64,000 nt of DNA from Eledone cirrhosa (lineage: Eukaryota): NCBI GenBank assembly GCA_964016885.1, contig OZ024750.1:37572001-37636000 (forward strand), given 5' to 3'. Below, in pieces: positions 41,719 to 55,202 of this stretch; the first letter of the stretch is position 1, and each line of letters opens with the position of its first letter. The position numbers were made by a program, and so were the translations under genes. The notes beneath the pieces were generated by a model, which saw only the letters and a list, made by a program, of their open reading frames with translations, had not been told where the DNA came from and did not search any database.

Positions 41719-43573
41719 CTGGATCACTGCTATGCACAGCGGCCGCATCTGCTCTAGGGTCAAGGTGAACGGCTACCTCTCGGAGCCGTTCAAAATCGCG
41801 CGGTCCATCCGACAAGGGTGCCCTCTCTCCTCCCTTCTGTATGTGTTGACTCTCGAGCCACTACTGCGGAAGTTAGAGTTGTTGCAGGGCATCCCTTTGG
41901 AACCAGGATTGCGGAAAGCGGTGTCGGCCTACGCCGATGACGTGACAGTAATGGTGTCGACGGCCTCCGAAATCGGGGCGGTCGGCACCTTACTGGAGGA
42001 GTACGAAAAGTTCACAGGGGCTAAGCTGAACCGGGACAAGTCGATCGGTTTGCAACTCGGCACGTGGAGGGGCAGACCGATGCCCTCCGATAGCGTCGTC
42101 GGACGCTGGACGGAGGGCCCGGTGAAGTTGCTCGGGGTCTGGTTCGGACCGGACCTCCAGGTGGAGAAAAACTGGGCGGAGGTTACGAACAGGGTGTTTG
42201 CACTGACCCAGAAGTGGGCCAGTTGCAAACTATCCCTGAAAGGTCGGGCGGAGGTGGCGAACACCTACATAGCGTCCGTCATCTACTACCGCCTGACCGT
42301 AGTGCCCTGCCCAAGGGAAACCCTCACCAAGATGGAGCGCGCGCTCTTCCAATTCCTTTGGAAGAGGCGGGCTCCTATGGTGAGGAGATCCATCTGCTGT
42401 CAACACCCTTCGAAAGGATGGCTGGGGATGCCGTGGCTAATGATGCGTAAACACGCATTAAGGCTACGGCACCTCTACGTATTCCTCACCGGACAACCGG
42501 TGTGGGCCTCGTTTGTGAGACGAACCTTTCCCAGACTCGTCTCACTCACCGAGCTGCAATCCTGGGTCATGCAAAGACCGAGAAAACTGGGCGCCTGGCA
42601 CACTGAGTGTGCCCAGGCGCTCACCGCCCTCTGGCAGGCGGATCCGGTTATCAGTGGAGACTCCACCGCAACATTCTATAGAGGGCTGGTACGCAGCAGG
42701 TGCGACGACGCCCTCGGAGAAGCCCTAGACATGGAGGAGGACGAACTGGCCAGCCTGTTCGGTAGGACATTCAGCCCGGGACCTATGGACAACTTCCAGA
42801 AGTCCCTGGCCTGGCAGTGCTACCGAGGGGCTTTACCCGTTCGAGAAAGGCTCTACAGACACGGGCGCCCGGGTAGGGACCCCGCCAAAAAGATCTGTCC
42901 CAGATGCGTGTGCGACGAGGAAACCGTTGCACACGCATTAGTACACTGCTCGGGCGTAGCCGATCTGTGGGGCTATGTCGAACAACTGCTGTCAAGGGTG
43001 GGACCGATCCGGTTGACCACCGAGTCTATTGTAATGATCAAGCCGCCTCCCCCCTTCAAAGATGAAGCAGAGGCGGTGTTTCTGTGCGTAATAGCCATGG
43101 CGAAAGAGGTTGTATGGTGGACGCGTCTGAAAGGACTGAGGTCGGGCACCTTTCTCTCTGGCCAACAACTGGTCCGTTTCTTCCGATATCATTTCGGAAG
43201 AAGGATCAGGATGGAGAGAGAGGTGCTGCACCCCAGCCGTTTCTATGAAAGATGGGTGAAAGTGGCGAGAATGGCCCGTGTGAATGGGCCTTCACTCTAC
43301 ATCAGACTATAGGTGAGGAAGATGAAAGACCAAGGGAGCACCCCTTCTCTGTGCTCCTGAGGAGAAGGGTTGCACACTTTTTTCGGGGGTGTGTGCGACC
43401 CCCCAAGGCGCCTCCTCTCTATTGAGGATTTTGTTAAAAATTTTATTTTTTGTTATATCTTATTTTATTTTTATATTTTGTTATTGCCTCCTCCTTATTG
43501 AGGACGCCTTTTTGTGTAAACTCCCCCCTTTGTACTTGTCCCACTTTTGATGCCCTAGTGGCAAATAAAAGAA
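41719..43573 (+). mobile_element. 5'-truncated L1/Tx1-clade LINE; open RT plus zinc-finger ORF to 43312
   Basis: IRQGCPLS, YADDVT, KLLGVWF, WASCKLSLKGR, CPRC..EETVAHALVHC. AATAAA at the 3' end; (TA)n on both sides. Confidence 0.9.
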
Positions 43574-43585
43574 ATATATATATAT

Positions 43586-43627
<42 letters not shown>

Positions 43628-43629
<2 letters not shown>

Positions 43630-43970
43630 TCATCATCATCATCATCATTTTATGTCCACTTTTCCCTGCTTGCAAGGGTGGGATGGGAACTGATTCTGGC
43701 TTGATTTCTAAAGCTGGATGCCCTTCCTAACACCAACCTCATTTAAAGTGAGTGCTGGGTGGTTTTTGCCATGGCGCCTACACGACCACTTTGCAGTGGA
43801 ATGATAGGGACTGGGGTCCCTATCATCTCATTTCTACAGCTGAGTAAACTGGAACAATGTGAAATAAAGTGTCTTGCTCAAGGAAACAACACACCACCCG
43901 GTCTGAGTATTGAACTCACAACCTTTCGATTGCAAGGCCAATGCTCTAACCACCAAGCCATGTGCCTCCA
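43628..43970 (-). mobile_element. tRNA/CORE-like/RTE-tail SINE
   Basis: Reverse complement of 31811-32135. Confidence 0.85.
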
Positions 43971-44019
43971 TATATATATATATATGATGGCTGAAACTTG
44001 ATTTTGAGTAATGCAATCA

Positions 44020-44525
44020 CTTGATACTTAAGCATGAGCATTGCAGTTGTGATTTTTTAGTCCTGCTAAGGGCCTGCCTATGGCCAGTAATACCATGTAT
44101 CGCAAAAAATGTCACATATCAAGCGATTTCTGTACTTCAAGCTTTTTTAAGTGAGGAAAGGCCTTGCATGGAGCCAATCCCACTCTCTGAACATCGAATA
44201 CATTTACCCAAAAAGAAGAACTGGTCTACGTCATTGGATACAATCAAAGTCACAGGTTTTATATTAGAGAGACCTTCTCCTAGAGATATGTCTTAATGAA
44301 GACTAGAGGTCTCTCGCGTCACAAAAAAAAAAACTTTATTGGATTGCCGTTCACTCTCCTGAGTTCCTCCGCCTTTTGACAGGTTTTGTTTTTCATCCCA
44401 CAGGGTGTCCAAATTCACCCTCCTCACCAAGCAAGCTTGGTCGGGTTTCCAGTTTAGTTGCCAACGACATGATCATGCACAGATTGTACTGGGATACATG
44501 TTACCAATAATGCTGAAGAGCAACT
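44020..44525 (-). mobile_element. Degraded RTE 5' UTR fragment related to 1900-2458
   Basis: Shared GGCRACTAAACTGG...AAAACAAAACCTGTCAAA and CTAGGAGAA motifs. Confidence 0.55.
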
Positions 44526-44527
44526 TA

Positions 44528-44566
<39 letters not shown>

Positions 44567-44652
44567 CAGAATATATATATATATATAAAATTGGTGTTGG
44601 ATGCTTAAAGCGTCCGTATGCAGTAGGCCGTTTGAGCACTTAATATATATAT

Positions 44653-44990
44653 AGGCACATGGCTTGGTGGTTAGAGGATTGGCCTTGCAATCGAAAGGTT
44701 GTGAGTTCAATTCTCAGACCGGGTGATGTATTGTTTCCTTGAGCAAGACACTTTATTTCACATTGCTCCAGTTTACTCAGCTGTAGAAATGAGATGATAG
44801 GGACTGGGGTCCCTATCATTCCACTGCAAAGTGGTTGTGGAGGTGCCACAGCAAAAAAGCACCCAGCACTCACTGTTAATGAGGTTGGTGTTAGGAAGGG
44901 CATCCAGCTGTAGAAATCAAGCCAGCATCAGTTCTCGTCCCACCCTTGCAAGCAGGGAAAAAGCGGACATAAAATGAAATGATGAATGAT
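44653..44990 (+). mobile_element. tRNA/CORE-like/RTE-tail SINE
   Basis: Aligns to 31811-32135. Confidence 0.85.
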
Positions 44991-44999
44991 GGTGATATA

Positions 45000-47606
45000 T
45001 CATCATCATCATCTTCGTTTAACGTCCACTTTCCAGTGGTTAGACGGGAGTTGTCCCACTTGAGGCAAGGTTTGGTCGGGTGACCGTGTCTCACTCATAT
45101 AGGACTATCTGGCAGGTTTTCTACAGCTGGATGCCCTTCCTAACACCAACCATGTTTACAGTGTGGAACTGGTAACTTTTTACCGTGTTACATACACGGC
45201 CACATTACAGCGTGGACTGTGTGTTTTTTTCTCGTGACACCTACACGATCTCGATCTCGATCTCATTTATTTGGACTGGATGTTGTGGTACCAACTTTAT
45301 AGAGAGGGGTGGTGTTGGTGGGAGTGGGAGGATAGGGTAGGGGTAGTGGATTGGGGTGTATATTTGGTTAAGAGGAGCCTACTGACTGTAGGTTTCGCTT
45401 TGTACATAGGCAAGGCGGGTCTTCTGTATTACTGCGTAGCGCCAAAGATCTCGGTCCAGTGACATTGTATTAGAGAGGTACAAGTGTGTAAGGTCAGAAT
45501 TTATCAGATCGTCCCAGGTTTTTCTGGGTCTAGCTACTCCGTAACTACCATCAATTTTGATCGCCCTGCACTTTTTTATACTGCTGTTGTCTTTCATGCG
45601 CATCATGTGGCCATACCAACGTAGTCTTCTCTCGAGTAAACAGCATCTGATCCCTCTTATTCCTAATTTCTCACTTAGTTCACTTATGCTTTGCCGTTCA
45701 CGTATATTACTATTACACATCCAATGGAGCATGCATGCTTCGTTCCTTTCCAGTCTACGCAGGTCCTCTGCACGCAATGCCCAGGTCTCACTGCCATGTA
45801 GCATTGCTGTTCGTATACAAGCATCATACAATCTGCCTTTCATTTTTAGAGAGAAACCTTTTGTGGCCAACAGCAGTATAAGCTCTCTGAACTTTTTCCA
45901 TCCCGTTCTGACTCTGGCTACTGTACTTTCAGAACACCCTCCACCACTGCTGATTTTGTCACCCAGGTAACGGAAAGTGTCTACTATTTCTATAGAACCA
46001 TCTGGGCAATAGAAGGGGCTAGTATCCTGTGGACACTTGCTACCTATTGCTCCTAAGCATCAGCCACATATAAAGTCTACGTTCTTAGATAGTTTACCTG
46101 TGATCCCACTACATCTTTTATGTACCCATACTTTGCATTTGGGAAATAAAATTGAATTTTTGCCTACTCCTTTCCTACACACTGAGCAAGGCCATTTCCC
46201 TGAGGGTACCTGTGCCTTATTTTCCTTTCTACAAACTAGGACTTTAGTCTTAGATAAGTTAACTTTAAGGCCTTTTGATTCTAGGCCATGCTTCCATGTT
46301 TGGAATTTCTTTTCTAGTTCAGCCATTGATTCAGCTATGAGTGTTAGATCATCTGCGTATAGGAGTTTCCATGGGCAGCCGGTCTTGAACTCCTCTGTTA
46401 TAGCCTGAAGAGCAATAATAAATAGGAGGGGGCTAAGGACAGAGCCTTGGTGAACACCAACTTTTACACTAAATTCTTCACAATATTCATTGTTAATTCT
46501 AACCTTACTGACTGTTTCATTATACATAGCTTGTATAGCTCTCACAAGCCATTCATCTACACCTAGTTTTCTAAGAGCCCACCAGATAATGGAGCGGGGG
46601 ACTCTGTCAAAGGCTTTTTCCATGTCTACAAAAGCTAAGTAGAGGGGTTTACTTTTAGCTAGGTACTTCTCTTGTAGTTGTCGTACAAGGAAAAGAGCGT
46701 CTGTGGTACTTTTACCTGACACAAACCCAAACTGCATTTCATCTAGATCAATTCGCTCTCTGATTAGTTGCGCTATAACTCTTTCTGTGACCTTCATGAT
46801 CTGGTCAACTAACTTAATGCCTCTATAGTTTCCTCTATCTAGAGCATCTTGTAGAGGTTAATGATGATGCTGCTACGCCAGTCTTTTGGTATGACCCCAT
46901 TCTGTATTACTTGGTTAACTATACGGGTGACCATAGTATGTCCCACCATTCCAGATGCCTTCAACATCTCAGCAACTATCTCCGAAGGCTCAGCTGCCTT
47001 GCCTGTCTTCATATCTTTGATTGCCTTACTTATTATACTACCTTTAACTTGCACCGTTGGTCTCTATTGGATCGATTTGGGGCAGACTATTTTTTTCCCA
47101 CTTATTCTCTTCATTTAATAGTCTCTCGTAGTGACACTTCCAAGCTACCTTCTTATCAGTATCAGTGAGGGCAAGTACACCATTATCATTACAGACACAC
47201 TTCTCCCTGACAATATCACGGTTTTCCTTGACACATTGTCTTGCAATCCTGAACACCTCGCGTTTTTGGTCCTCACGTTGTAGAACATGCTTGAACTTTC
47301 TTTCCTCTGCTTCCCTTTTTGCAAGGTACACTTGTCTCCTAGCTTTTCTCCTGGCCACTTGATAGTGCTCTCTACTTCCCCCATTCTGCAATACTTTCCA
47401 AGCCTGCTTTTTGGCCTTAATTGTCTCTTCTACCTTACTGTTCCACCACCAAGTTACTCTCCTCCTGCCAATAGGTCTGCTCCAGCCACAGATTTCATCC
47501 GTACTTTCAGCAGGTTCACTTTCAAGAATTGCCACTGTTCCTCTATATCGCACGTCTCTAATTGCTCTTCCTTATTGTCAAAGGCATCAAGTAATAAGCT
47601 TTTAAA
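45000..47606 (-). mobile_element. RTE family 2 LINE, 5'-truncated and disrupted
   Basis: ORF pieces 47044-47553, 46060-46797 and 45379-45870 are homologous to 23862-26255. Confidence 0.92.
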
Positions 47607-47740
47607 TGTATATATATATATATCGTGATATATATATATATATATATATATATGGATGTTAAACGATGATCATGATGATGATGATATCATCATCATCATC
47701 ATCATTTTACGTCCGCTTTTCCCTGCTTGCAAGGATATAT

Positions 47741-48383
47741 ACTGTGAGACCCTAACAGTGTAGTTTTCTCATCTCAAACTGTGAAACCCTAGCACTGTAG
47801 TTTGATCATCTCAAAATGTGAAACGCTAACAGTGTAGTTTTCTCATCTCAAACTGTGTAACCCTAACACTGTAGTTTGATCATTTCAAACTGTGAAATGC
47901 TAACAGTGTAGTTTTCTCATCTCAAACTGTGAAACCCTAGCACTGTAGTTTGATCATCTCAAAATGTGAAACGCTAACAGTGTAGTTTTCTCATCTCAAA
48001 CTGTGTAACCCTAACACTGTAGTTTGATCATTTCAAACTGTGAAATGCTAACAGTGTAGTTTTCTCATCTCAAACTGTGAAACCCTAGCACTGTAGTTTG
48101 ATCATCTCAAAATGTGAAACGCTAACAGTGTAGTTTTCTCATCTCAAACTGTGTAACCCTAACACTGTAGTTTGATCATTTCAAACTGTGAAATGCTAAC
48201 AGTGTAGTTTTCTCATCTCAAACTGTGAAACCCTAGCACTGTAGTTTGATCATCTCAAACTGTGAAATGCTAACAGTGTAGTTTTCTCATCTCAAACTGT
48301 AAAACCCTAACACTGTAGTTTGATCATCTCAAAATGTGAAACCCTAACAGTGTAGTTTGATCATCTCAAAATGTGAAACCCTA
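47741..48383. repeat. 37-bp minisatellite (~17 copies) with a 148-bp four-unit higher-order period
   Basis: ACTGTGAAACCCTAGCACTGTAGTTTGATCATCTCAA; the identical variant recurs at 47778, 47926, 48074 and 48222. Confidence 0.95.
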
Positions 48384-49265
48384 TGATGTGCGCATGTATG
48401 TATATATGTAAGCAGTTTGCTATGAAATTGGGAGCATTGTAAAATACTAGAAATCAGCACATGGTGCTACTTTGGAGTAAATATATGAATTCCTGTTAAG
48501 TCATTTCAATTGAAACCTCCAACTTCCAGCTTCAGAACTTGGAGAGGAACATCGTTTATCAATCTTTACAATTATGATCCTACCATTTAACAATGGTTAC
48601 AAGATATCATTTGAAGTTATCTATAAACTATATAAAAACAAACAAAAGCTTATTTATTCTGGAAGAATTCAACTGATGCAAACAAAACATTTTGACAACT
48701 TAGAGATAAGGAGAGTTTAGTTTTCCTGGGGCTGATCCCTCTTTCTTCTTCTTCTTCGTCTTCTACCCCCCCCTCTTCTCCCCCTCCCTCTCCTCCTCAT
48801 CCTCCTTCTTTAGACATATCTCTTGCAAGAAACTATCTGAAGTATTAGAGAAAGAGAAATATTTGTTTTGCTTCCTTCTGTGGAGATGGAATACAAATAT
48901 AAGACAGCAATGTAACGGAATGCAGTTGCCATTTATTTATCGAGAGAACATTCATTTTCCCAAGAATTCAGTTGAAGGGCCATAACTATGCTACAGCGCA
49001 TGGTGTCTGATGCTCTACCGATTCTGCCAATCCAATATGAAATAAAGTGTTTACCATGATATTATACAATCTATCTATATAATACTAAAAGTCTGTGATT
49101 GCTTGCTTGCTTGTCTGTAATGTAATACAGCCAAAAGGACCATTAATGGGAAAATACTTTGAAAAGAAGTTGACCCTGAAATGGGGATACAAATGAAATA
49201 AAACAAGTTTCACATAAATCGGAGCACGGGTTCCCGAGATATGGTTTTTTTCCGGGTACCTTCAT

Positions 49266-49333
<68 letters not shown>

Positions 49334-49427
49334 TGGCTGTGAGAGAGTAGATCAAAATAGAAACATAAAGAGAGGGAGAGGAGACAGAGAAGGAGAATGG
49401 AAGAAAGAGAGAGAGATCTGGTGTTGT

Positions 49428-49513
<86 letters not shown>

Positions 49514-49907
49514 TTATATATATATGTGAATTATTTTTAAGTGAAAATGATTTTTTTTAAATATTTTAAAATGAATGTGACCCAATTGGTCACAAGTGGT
49601 CTAGTAGGTTAAACTAAAGGGTTAAATTAAAAATAGAAAATGACAAATAAATAAATTTATTAAAAAGATTAGAATTTTTCTAAACTGGATTTTTATAGTA
49701 TTTTAGAGAGCGTTTTATATATAAATTGAATAGAGTTGATGTTCAGGGTCTGGTGTCCAGAGAAATAGACCAGTGAGAGGCAAGAAGCAATTAATTCACA
49801 GTTATATCATTATTATGCTAATGGTAGTAATGTAACACTTTAATCTTTATATGTTTATATAGACAAATATATTTTATATCTGCTTCACCAAGAAATGTGG
49901 AATACTT

Positions 49908-50140
49908 TTAACCCTTTAGCAATCACATTACTCTATATATATTATTATATTTTCATGGTAAATGCTTTCTTTACCTCACATAAATACCTCACATAATATC
50001 GAATCTATGAAATTTTGATATTATTTATTTTGAGAACAATACCTTAACATAAGTATGACCGTCCAGTTATGGCCAGTTTGAACAGAAAGAGGTGAGAGAA
50101 TTCTGGCCGAATATGGCTGGTTTAAATACTAAAGGGGTAA
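49908..50140. mobile_element. Possible piggyBac-type MITE
   Basis: TTAA-CCCTTTAG ... CTAAAGGG-GTAA. Confidence 0.45.
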
Positions 50141-50258
50141 ACATAGCATTTCTTTATTTTTTCAAAATAGCTCCTATTACTATGTCTGTATGGTGGTATG
50201 TGTATGTATATTATATATATATACATCATCATCATCATTTTACATCTGCTTTTCCCTG

Positions 50259-50315
<57 letters not shown>

Positions 50316-50323
50316 TTATATTT

Positions 50324-50456
50324 AAGATTTAATATAGAAATGGCTTCTACAGGACTAGAACTGTTTCATTCAAAGGAAATCATCTGGGCTTTCCTGATGA
50401 TTTCTTTTAAATGAAACAGTTCTAATCCCGTAGAAGTCATTTCTATATTAAATCTT
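50324..50456. repeat. ~60-bp-arm palindrome containing a degenerate hammerhead (plus strand 50387-50438)
   Basis: GGCTTTC-CTGATGA-TTTCTTTTAAAT-GAAACAG..CCGTA-GAAGTC. Confidence 0.75.
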
Positions 50457-50518
50457 GTAGATACTCTACTATGTATTGAGTACTTTGCTTACTGTGGTTA
50501 CCCCCCCGTTTGAACCCG

Positions 50519-50550
<32 letters not shown>

Positions 50551-50555
50551 GTGTG

Positions 50556-50663
50556 TGAAAAATTTGGGACCCCGATCGCTGAGCTCTGGCCGTTTCAACA
50601 GCTAGATCTGGATCTAGCTGTTGAAAAGGCCAGAGCTCAGCCATTGGGGTCCCAAATTTTTCA
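50556..50663. repeat. ~53-bp-arm palindrome; the arm is related to 33165-33270
   Basis: TGAAAAATTTGGGACCCC...CAGCTAGATC-TG-GATCTAGCTG...GGGGTCCCAAATTTTTCA. Confidence 0.85.
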
Positions 50664-50736
50664 TATTACCCACTCTGCTACCCCAAATATCGAGTACTTT
50701 GATGAGTTATGGTCTAACTAGTTTTTACTGCCTCCA

Positions 50737-50779
<43 letters not shown>

Positions 50780-50780
<1 letters not shown>

Positions 50781-52198
50781 GAGATGCAGTTGGGTTTGTG
50801 CCAGGTAAAAGCACCACTGATGCTCTCTTCCTAGTGAGGCAGTTACAGGAAAAGTACCTAGCTAAAAGTAAGCCACTCTACCTGGCATTTGTCGATCTGG
50901 AAAAAGCCTTCGACAGAGTGTCCCGTGCTATAATCTGGTGGGCTCTTAGAAAACTAGGGGTAGATGAATGGCTTGTGAAGACTGTACAAGCCATGTATAA
51001 GGGAGCAGTCAGCAAAGTTAGGGTTAACAATGACTATAGCGAGGAATTTAGCATACAGGTCGGTGTCCACCAGGGCTCTGTTCTTAGCCCTCTCCTATTT
51101 ATTATCATATTGTAGGCTATAACAGAGGAGTTTAAGACCGGATGCCCATGGGAACTCCTATATCCGGATGATCTTACACTTATAGCTGAATCTATGGTAG
51201 AACTAGAGAAGAAATTCCAAACTTGGAAGCAGGAACTAGAAAGGTATCTCAAAGTCAACCTGACAAAGACTAAGATCCTCATAAGTAGATGAGAAAACAG
51301 AACCCAGATCCCCTCAGAGAAATGGTCTTGCTCAGTATGTAGGAAAGGCATTCCATCCTCTGCCCCAAATACAAACTATGGGTACACAAGAGATGTAGTG
51401 GGATCTCAAGAAGTTTAATTAAGAATATAGGCTTTACATGTAGCAGCTGCACCAGGACAGTAAGCAGCAAACAGCCTCAGGAAACAAGCAGACTGTATGA
51501 TGCATGCATACAAACACCAATGTTACATGGTAGTGAGACCTGGGTGCTGTGTGTAGAAGACTTGCGTAGATTAGAAAGAAACCAAGCTTGCATTCTCCGA
51601 TGGATGTGTAGTAGTAATATACATGAATGGCAAAGTATAAACGAATTGAGAGAGAGACTGAGCATAAGAGAAATAAATCGAATGCTGTGTGCAGGAGAGG
51701 AAATTACGTTGGAATGGACATGTGATGCGTATAAAGGATGACAGCTGCTTAAAAAGGTGCAGAGCACTAGAAGTCGATGGAAGCCTTGGAGTGGGGATAC
51801 CCAAGAAGACCTGGGATTAGGGGAAAAAAGCTGACCTTGCCCAATTGCACCTCTCAAAGGCGATGACACAGGACCGAGACCGCTGGCATTAGACAGTAAT
51901 ATAGAAGACCCGACTTCCCATGGGTATAAGCCGAAGCTGAAGCATATAGACTATATACCCTCCCCCCACCCACACTGTAAAGTGGTTGTGTAGGCGCCAC
52001 GGTAAAAAAGCACCCAGTACTCACTGTAAATGAGATTGGTGTTAGGAAGGGCATCCAGCTGTAGAAATCAAGACAGAATCAGTTCCTTATGAGCAAGACA
52101 AGGTCACCTGACCTGGCATTGCCCACAACAACAGGACAACCTGTCTAACCCATGCTAGCGTGGAAGAATGGACGTAAAACGGTGATGATGATGATGAT

Positions 52199-52200
<2 letters not shown>
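50780..52200 (+). mobile_element. Degraded RTE LINE, plus strand
   Basis: [37 protein letters not shown]; (TGA)n tail. Confidence 0.9.
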
Positions 52201-52252
<52 letters not shown>

Positions 52253-52255
<3 letters not shown>

Positions 52256-53102
52256 TCATCATCATCATCATCTTCATTTAACGTCTATCTTCCATGCTAG
52301 GATGGATTAGATAGGAGTTGTCCCACTTGAGGCAAGGTTGGTTGGGTGACCGTGTCTCGCTCATATAGGACTATCTGGCAGGTTTTCTACGGCTGGATGC
52401 CCTTCCTAACACCAATCTCATTTACAGTGTGGAACTGGGAACTTTTTACCATGTTACCTACATGGCCACATTACAGCATGGACTGTGTGTTTTTTTGTTG
52501 TGACACCTACACGATCTCGATCTCATTATCTCATTTATTTGCACTGGATGTTGTGGTACCAACTTTACAGAGAGAGGGTGGTGTTGGTGGGAGTGGGAGG
52601 ATAGGGTAGGGGTAGTGGATTGGGGTGTATATTTGGTTAAGAGGTGCCTACTGACTGTAGATTTCGCTTTGTACATAGGCAAGGCGGGTCTTCTGTATTA
52701 CTGCGTAGCACCAAAGATCTCGGTCCAGTGACATTGTCTTAGAGAAGTGCAAGTGTGTAAGGTCGGAATTTATCCGATCGTCCCAGATTTTTCTGGGTTT
52801 ACCTACTCCGTAACTACCATCAATTTTGATCGCCCTGCACTTTTTTATACAGCTGTCGTCTTTCATGCGCATCACGTGGCCATACCAACGTAGTCTTCTC
52901 TCAAGTAAACAGCATCTGATCCCTCTTATTCCTTATTTCTCACTTAGTTCATTTATGCTTTGCCGTTCATGTATATTACTATTACACATCCATCGGAGCA
53001 TGCATGCTTTGTTCCTTTCCAGTCTGCGCAGGTCCTCTGCACGTAACGCCCATGTCTCACTGCCATGTAGCATTGCTGTTCATATACAGGCATCATACAA
53101 TC
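52253..53102 (-). mobile_element. RTE family 2 3' fragment
   Basis: Aligns to 45000-45832. Confidence 0.9.
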
Positions 53103-53124
53103 TATATATATTTATATATATATA

Positions 53125-55202
53125 TCCAGGGCCTGGTTACAGAACCCCAGGATGATATCATCAAAATCAAACCTCTGATGCCACTCCATCTTCACAATGA
53201 ACCTTGCTCTCCTTGATCTTCTTCTTGGCTCTCTAAAGCTCCTCTCTGGTCAAGGGTCCCTTGTCTCAATATCCAGTTCCTCAAACAGCCGCCTGATCTC
53301 CCCATTGTTCTGGGCTGTGGAGGGCAGCTCTCCTAGTAGGGTCCTAAAATGATCCAACCATTTCCTCGTCCTATCCTCGGGCCCTGTTCCCTGGATCTGA
53401 CATGGACACCTTCTTTTCCTCCCTGTGATCTTGTTGATGATCATCCAGCTCTCCTTACACCCAAACCTGTCAACTGCTCTCTCCCCACTTCTGGTCTTCT
53501 CTATCAGTGCCTTCTCTCTGGCTTCAGTGCAAGCGGTACAGAGTTCTTCCCTTATCCCCTCCATATTCTCCCTCCTCTCCTCCGTAGGATCAGCATAGAA
53601 TTGGTCCTTGGCAGCTTTCAGGTGTTCTCTGGCTGCACACTCTTTTGGGTCTGCAGAGCTGACGTTCTTCCTCTTCTTCTCTCTCCTCGGCACCAGGGTC
53701 TCACTTGCTCCGCCACTGCATTGGTGAAGTACCCGTACCTCCTTGTCACTCTCTCCTCAGTCCCTCAAATCTCTCTCTCCTCTGCCTATCCACACAGAGC
53801 ACTGAACCTGTTCCCCACTTCTACTGTGAACCTCTCCTGTAGCTTATCATCTTCCTTGAAAGCTCCCCAGTCATAGATTGCTCTCCGGGGCTGAGCCTTG
53901 CTCTTTCCTAAGCTCACCCGGACCTCACTCATCACAAACCGAATCAGTAACATCATCCCAGTGCCAAAGAAGGGAGATCTCTCTAACACCAACAACTACA
54001 AAGGGATCTCAATGACGTCACTTGTGGGAAGGACTCTCAACAGGATGATTCTTAACAGGATCCAGCCCAAGATGGAGAAGAAGCTCAGGGACAACCAGAA
54101 CGGCTTCAGAGAGAGAAGATCAACCACCAGTCACATCCTGATGCTAAGGAGGATATTAGAGGGAGCTACAGCAAAGAGCCTTCCTGCGGTCATGGTTTTC
54201 ATTGACTTTAGGAAGGCCTTTGTTTCTGTGGACCATCACTGCCTGATGAAGATCTTACAGGCTTATGGAATCTCCAAGAAGATTGTGGACCTGATATCAC
54301 TGCTCTACACTAACACAAAAACCCAAGTCATTACACCTGAGGGGATGACAGAGTTCTTTGAGATACTGGCTGGAGTGCTCCAGGGAGATACATTGGCTCA
54401 CTACCTTTTTATCATTGTATGCGCCTTGCACTGGAGAAACACCAGGACTCTGGCTTTACTGTAACACCGGCTCAGAGCAGGAGAGTTAAGGTGAAAAAGA
54501 TATCAGATGCTGAATTTGCCGACGACATAGTTTTGGTGACAAACACAGTGAAGGAGGCAGAGGTGGAAACTGTGTCAATGAGTGTTGGGCTGAGAATGAA
54601 TGCGATTAAGAGAAAGTATCTGGTAGAGAATAAGAAGAAGCCAGAGAAGATTACTAATGTAGGCGGGAAGCTGTTAAATTGGTTGAGGACTTCATGTATC
54701 TGGGAGCAAACATTGGGAATATGGAAGATGATGTGGTCGAGAGGAAGAGCAAAGCCTGGGCGGCATGCCACAGCTTGAGATCGGTGTGCAAGTCGGACCT
54801 TCGTAAGGACCTAGTTGCTGTAGTGGAGTCTGTGCTGCTGTACGGGTCTGAGACTTGGACACTGACCAAGAAACTCACACGAGAATGCTGAGGATGGCTC
54901 TGAACATTAATCAGTATACACTGAGGATGAAGAACTCAGAGCTGTATGGAAGCCTCCAAAAGTCAGCTCGAGAGTAGCACAGAAGAGACTGGGTTTAGCT
55001 GGACATGCTCACCGACATCCAGAGTTGACACTGCACTCAGAGTTCCTGTGGGAGCCCCTGCATGGACACACTAGAAGAAGGAGACCGAGGTTGACATATG
55101 TTGATGCCCTAAGGACAGACACTGGACATGGCAGCGATGATGAGGGACAGAGACCGCTGGAGAGAACTTGTCCATGGATCTCGGGAATTTTACCTGCCCT
55201 AG
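53125..55202 (+). mobile_element. RTE-group LINE (family 3) with inverted 5' portion (53125-~53942 minus; ~53942-55202 plus)
   Basis: Plus: IIPVPKKGDLS, QNGFR, FIDFRKAF, GVLQGDTLA, FADD, VESVLLYGSETW. The minus part encodes the EN-RT linker. Confidence 0.85.

Noticed and set aside
49074-49604. Possible Helitron (TC start; hairpin GTGACC..GGTCAC then CTAG)
   Set aside because: The 3' motif is equally readable as a TTAA-bounded piggyBac-like end; not resolvable from one copy.
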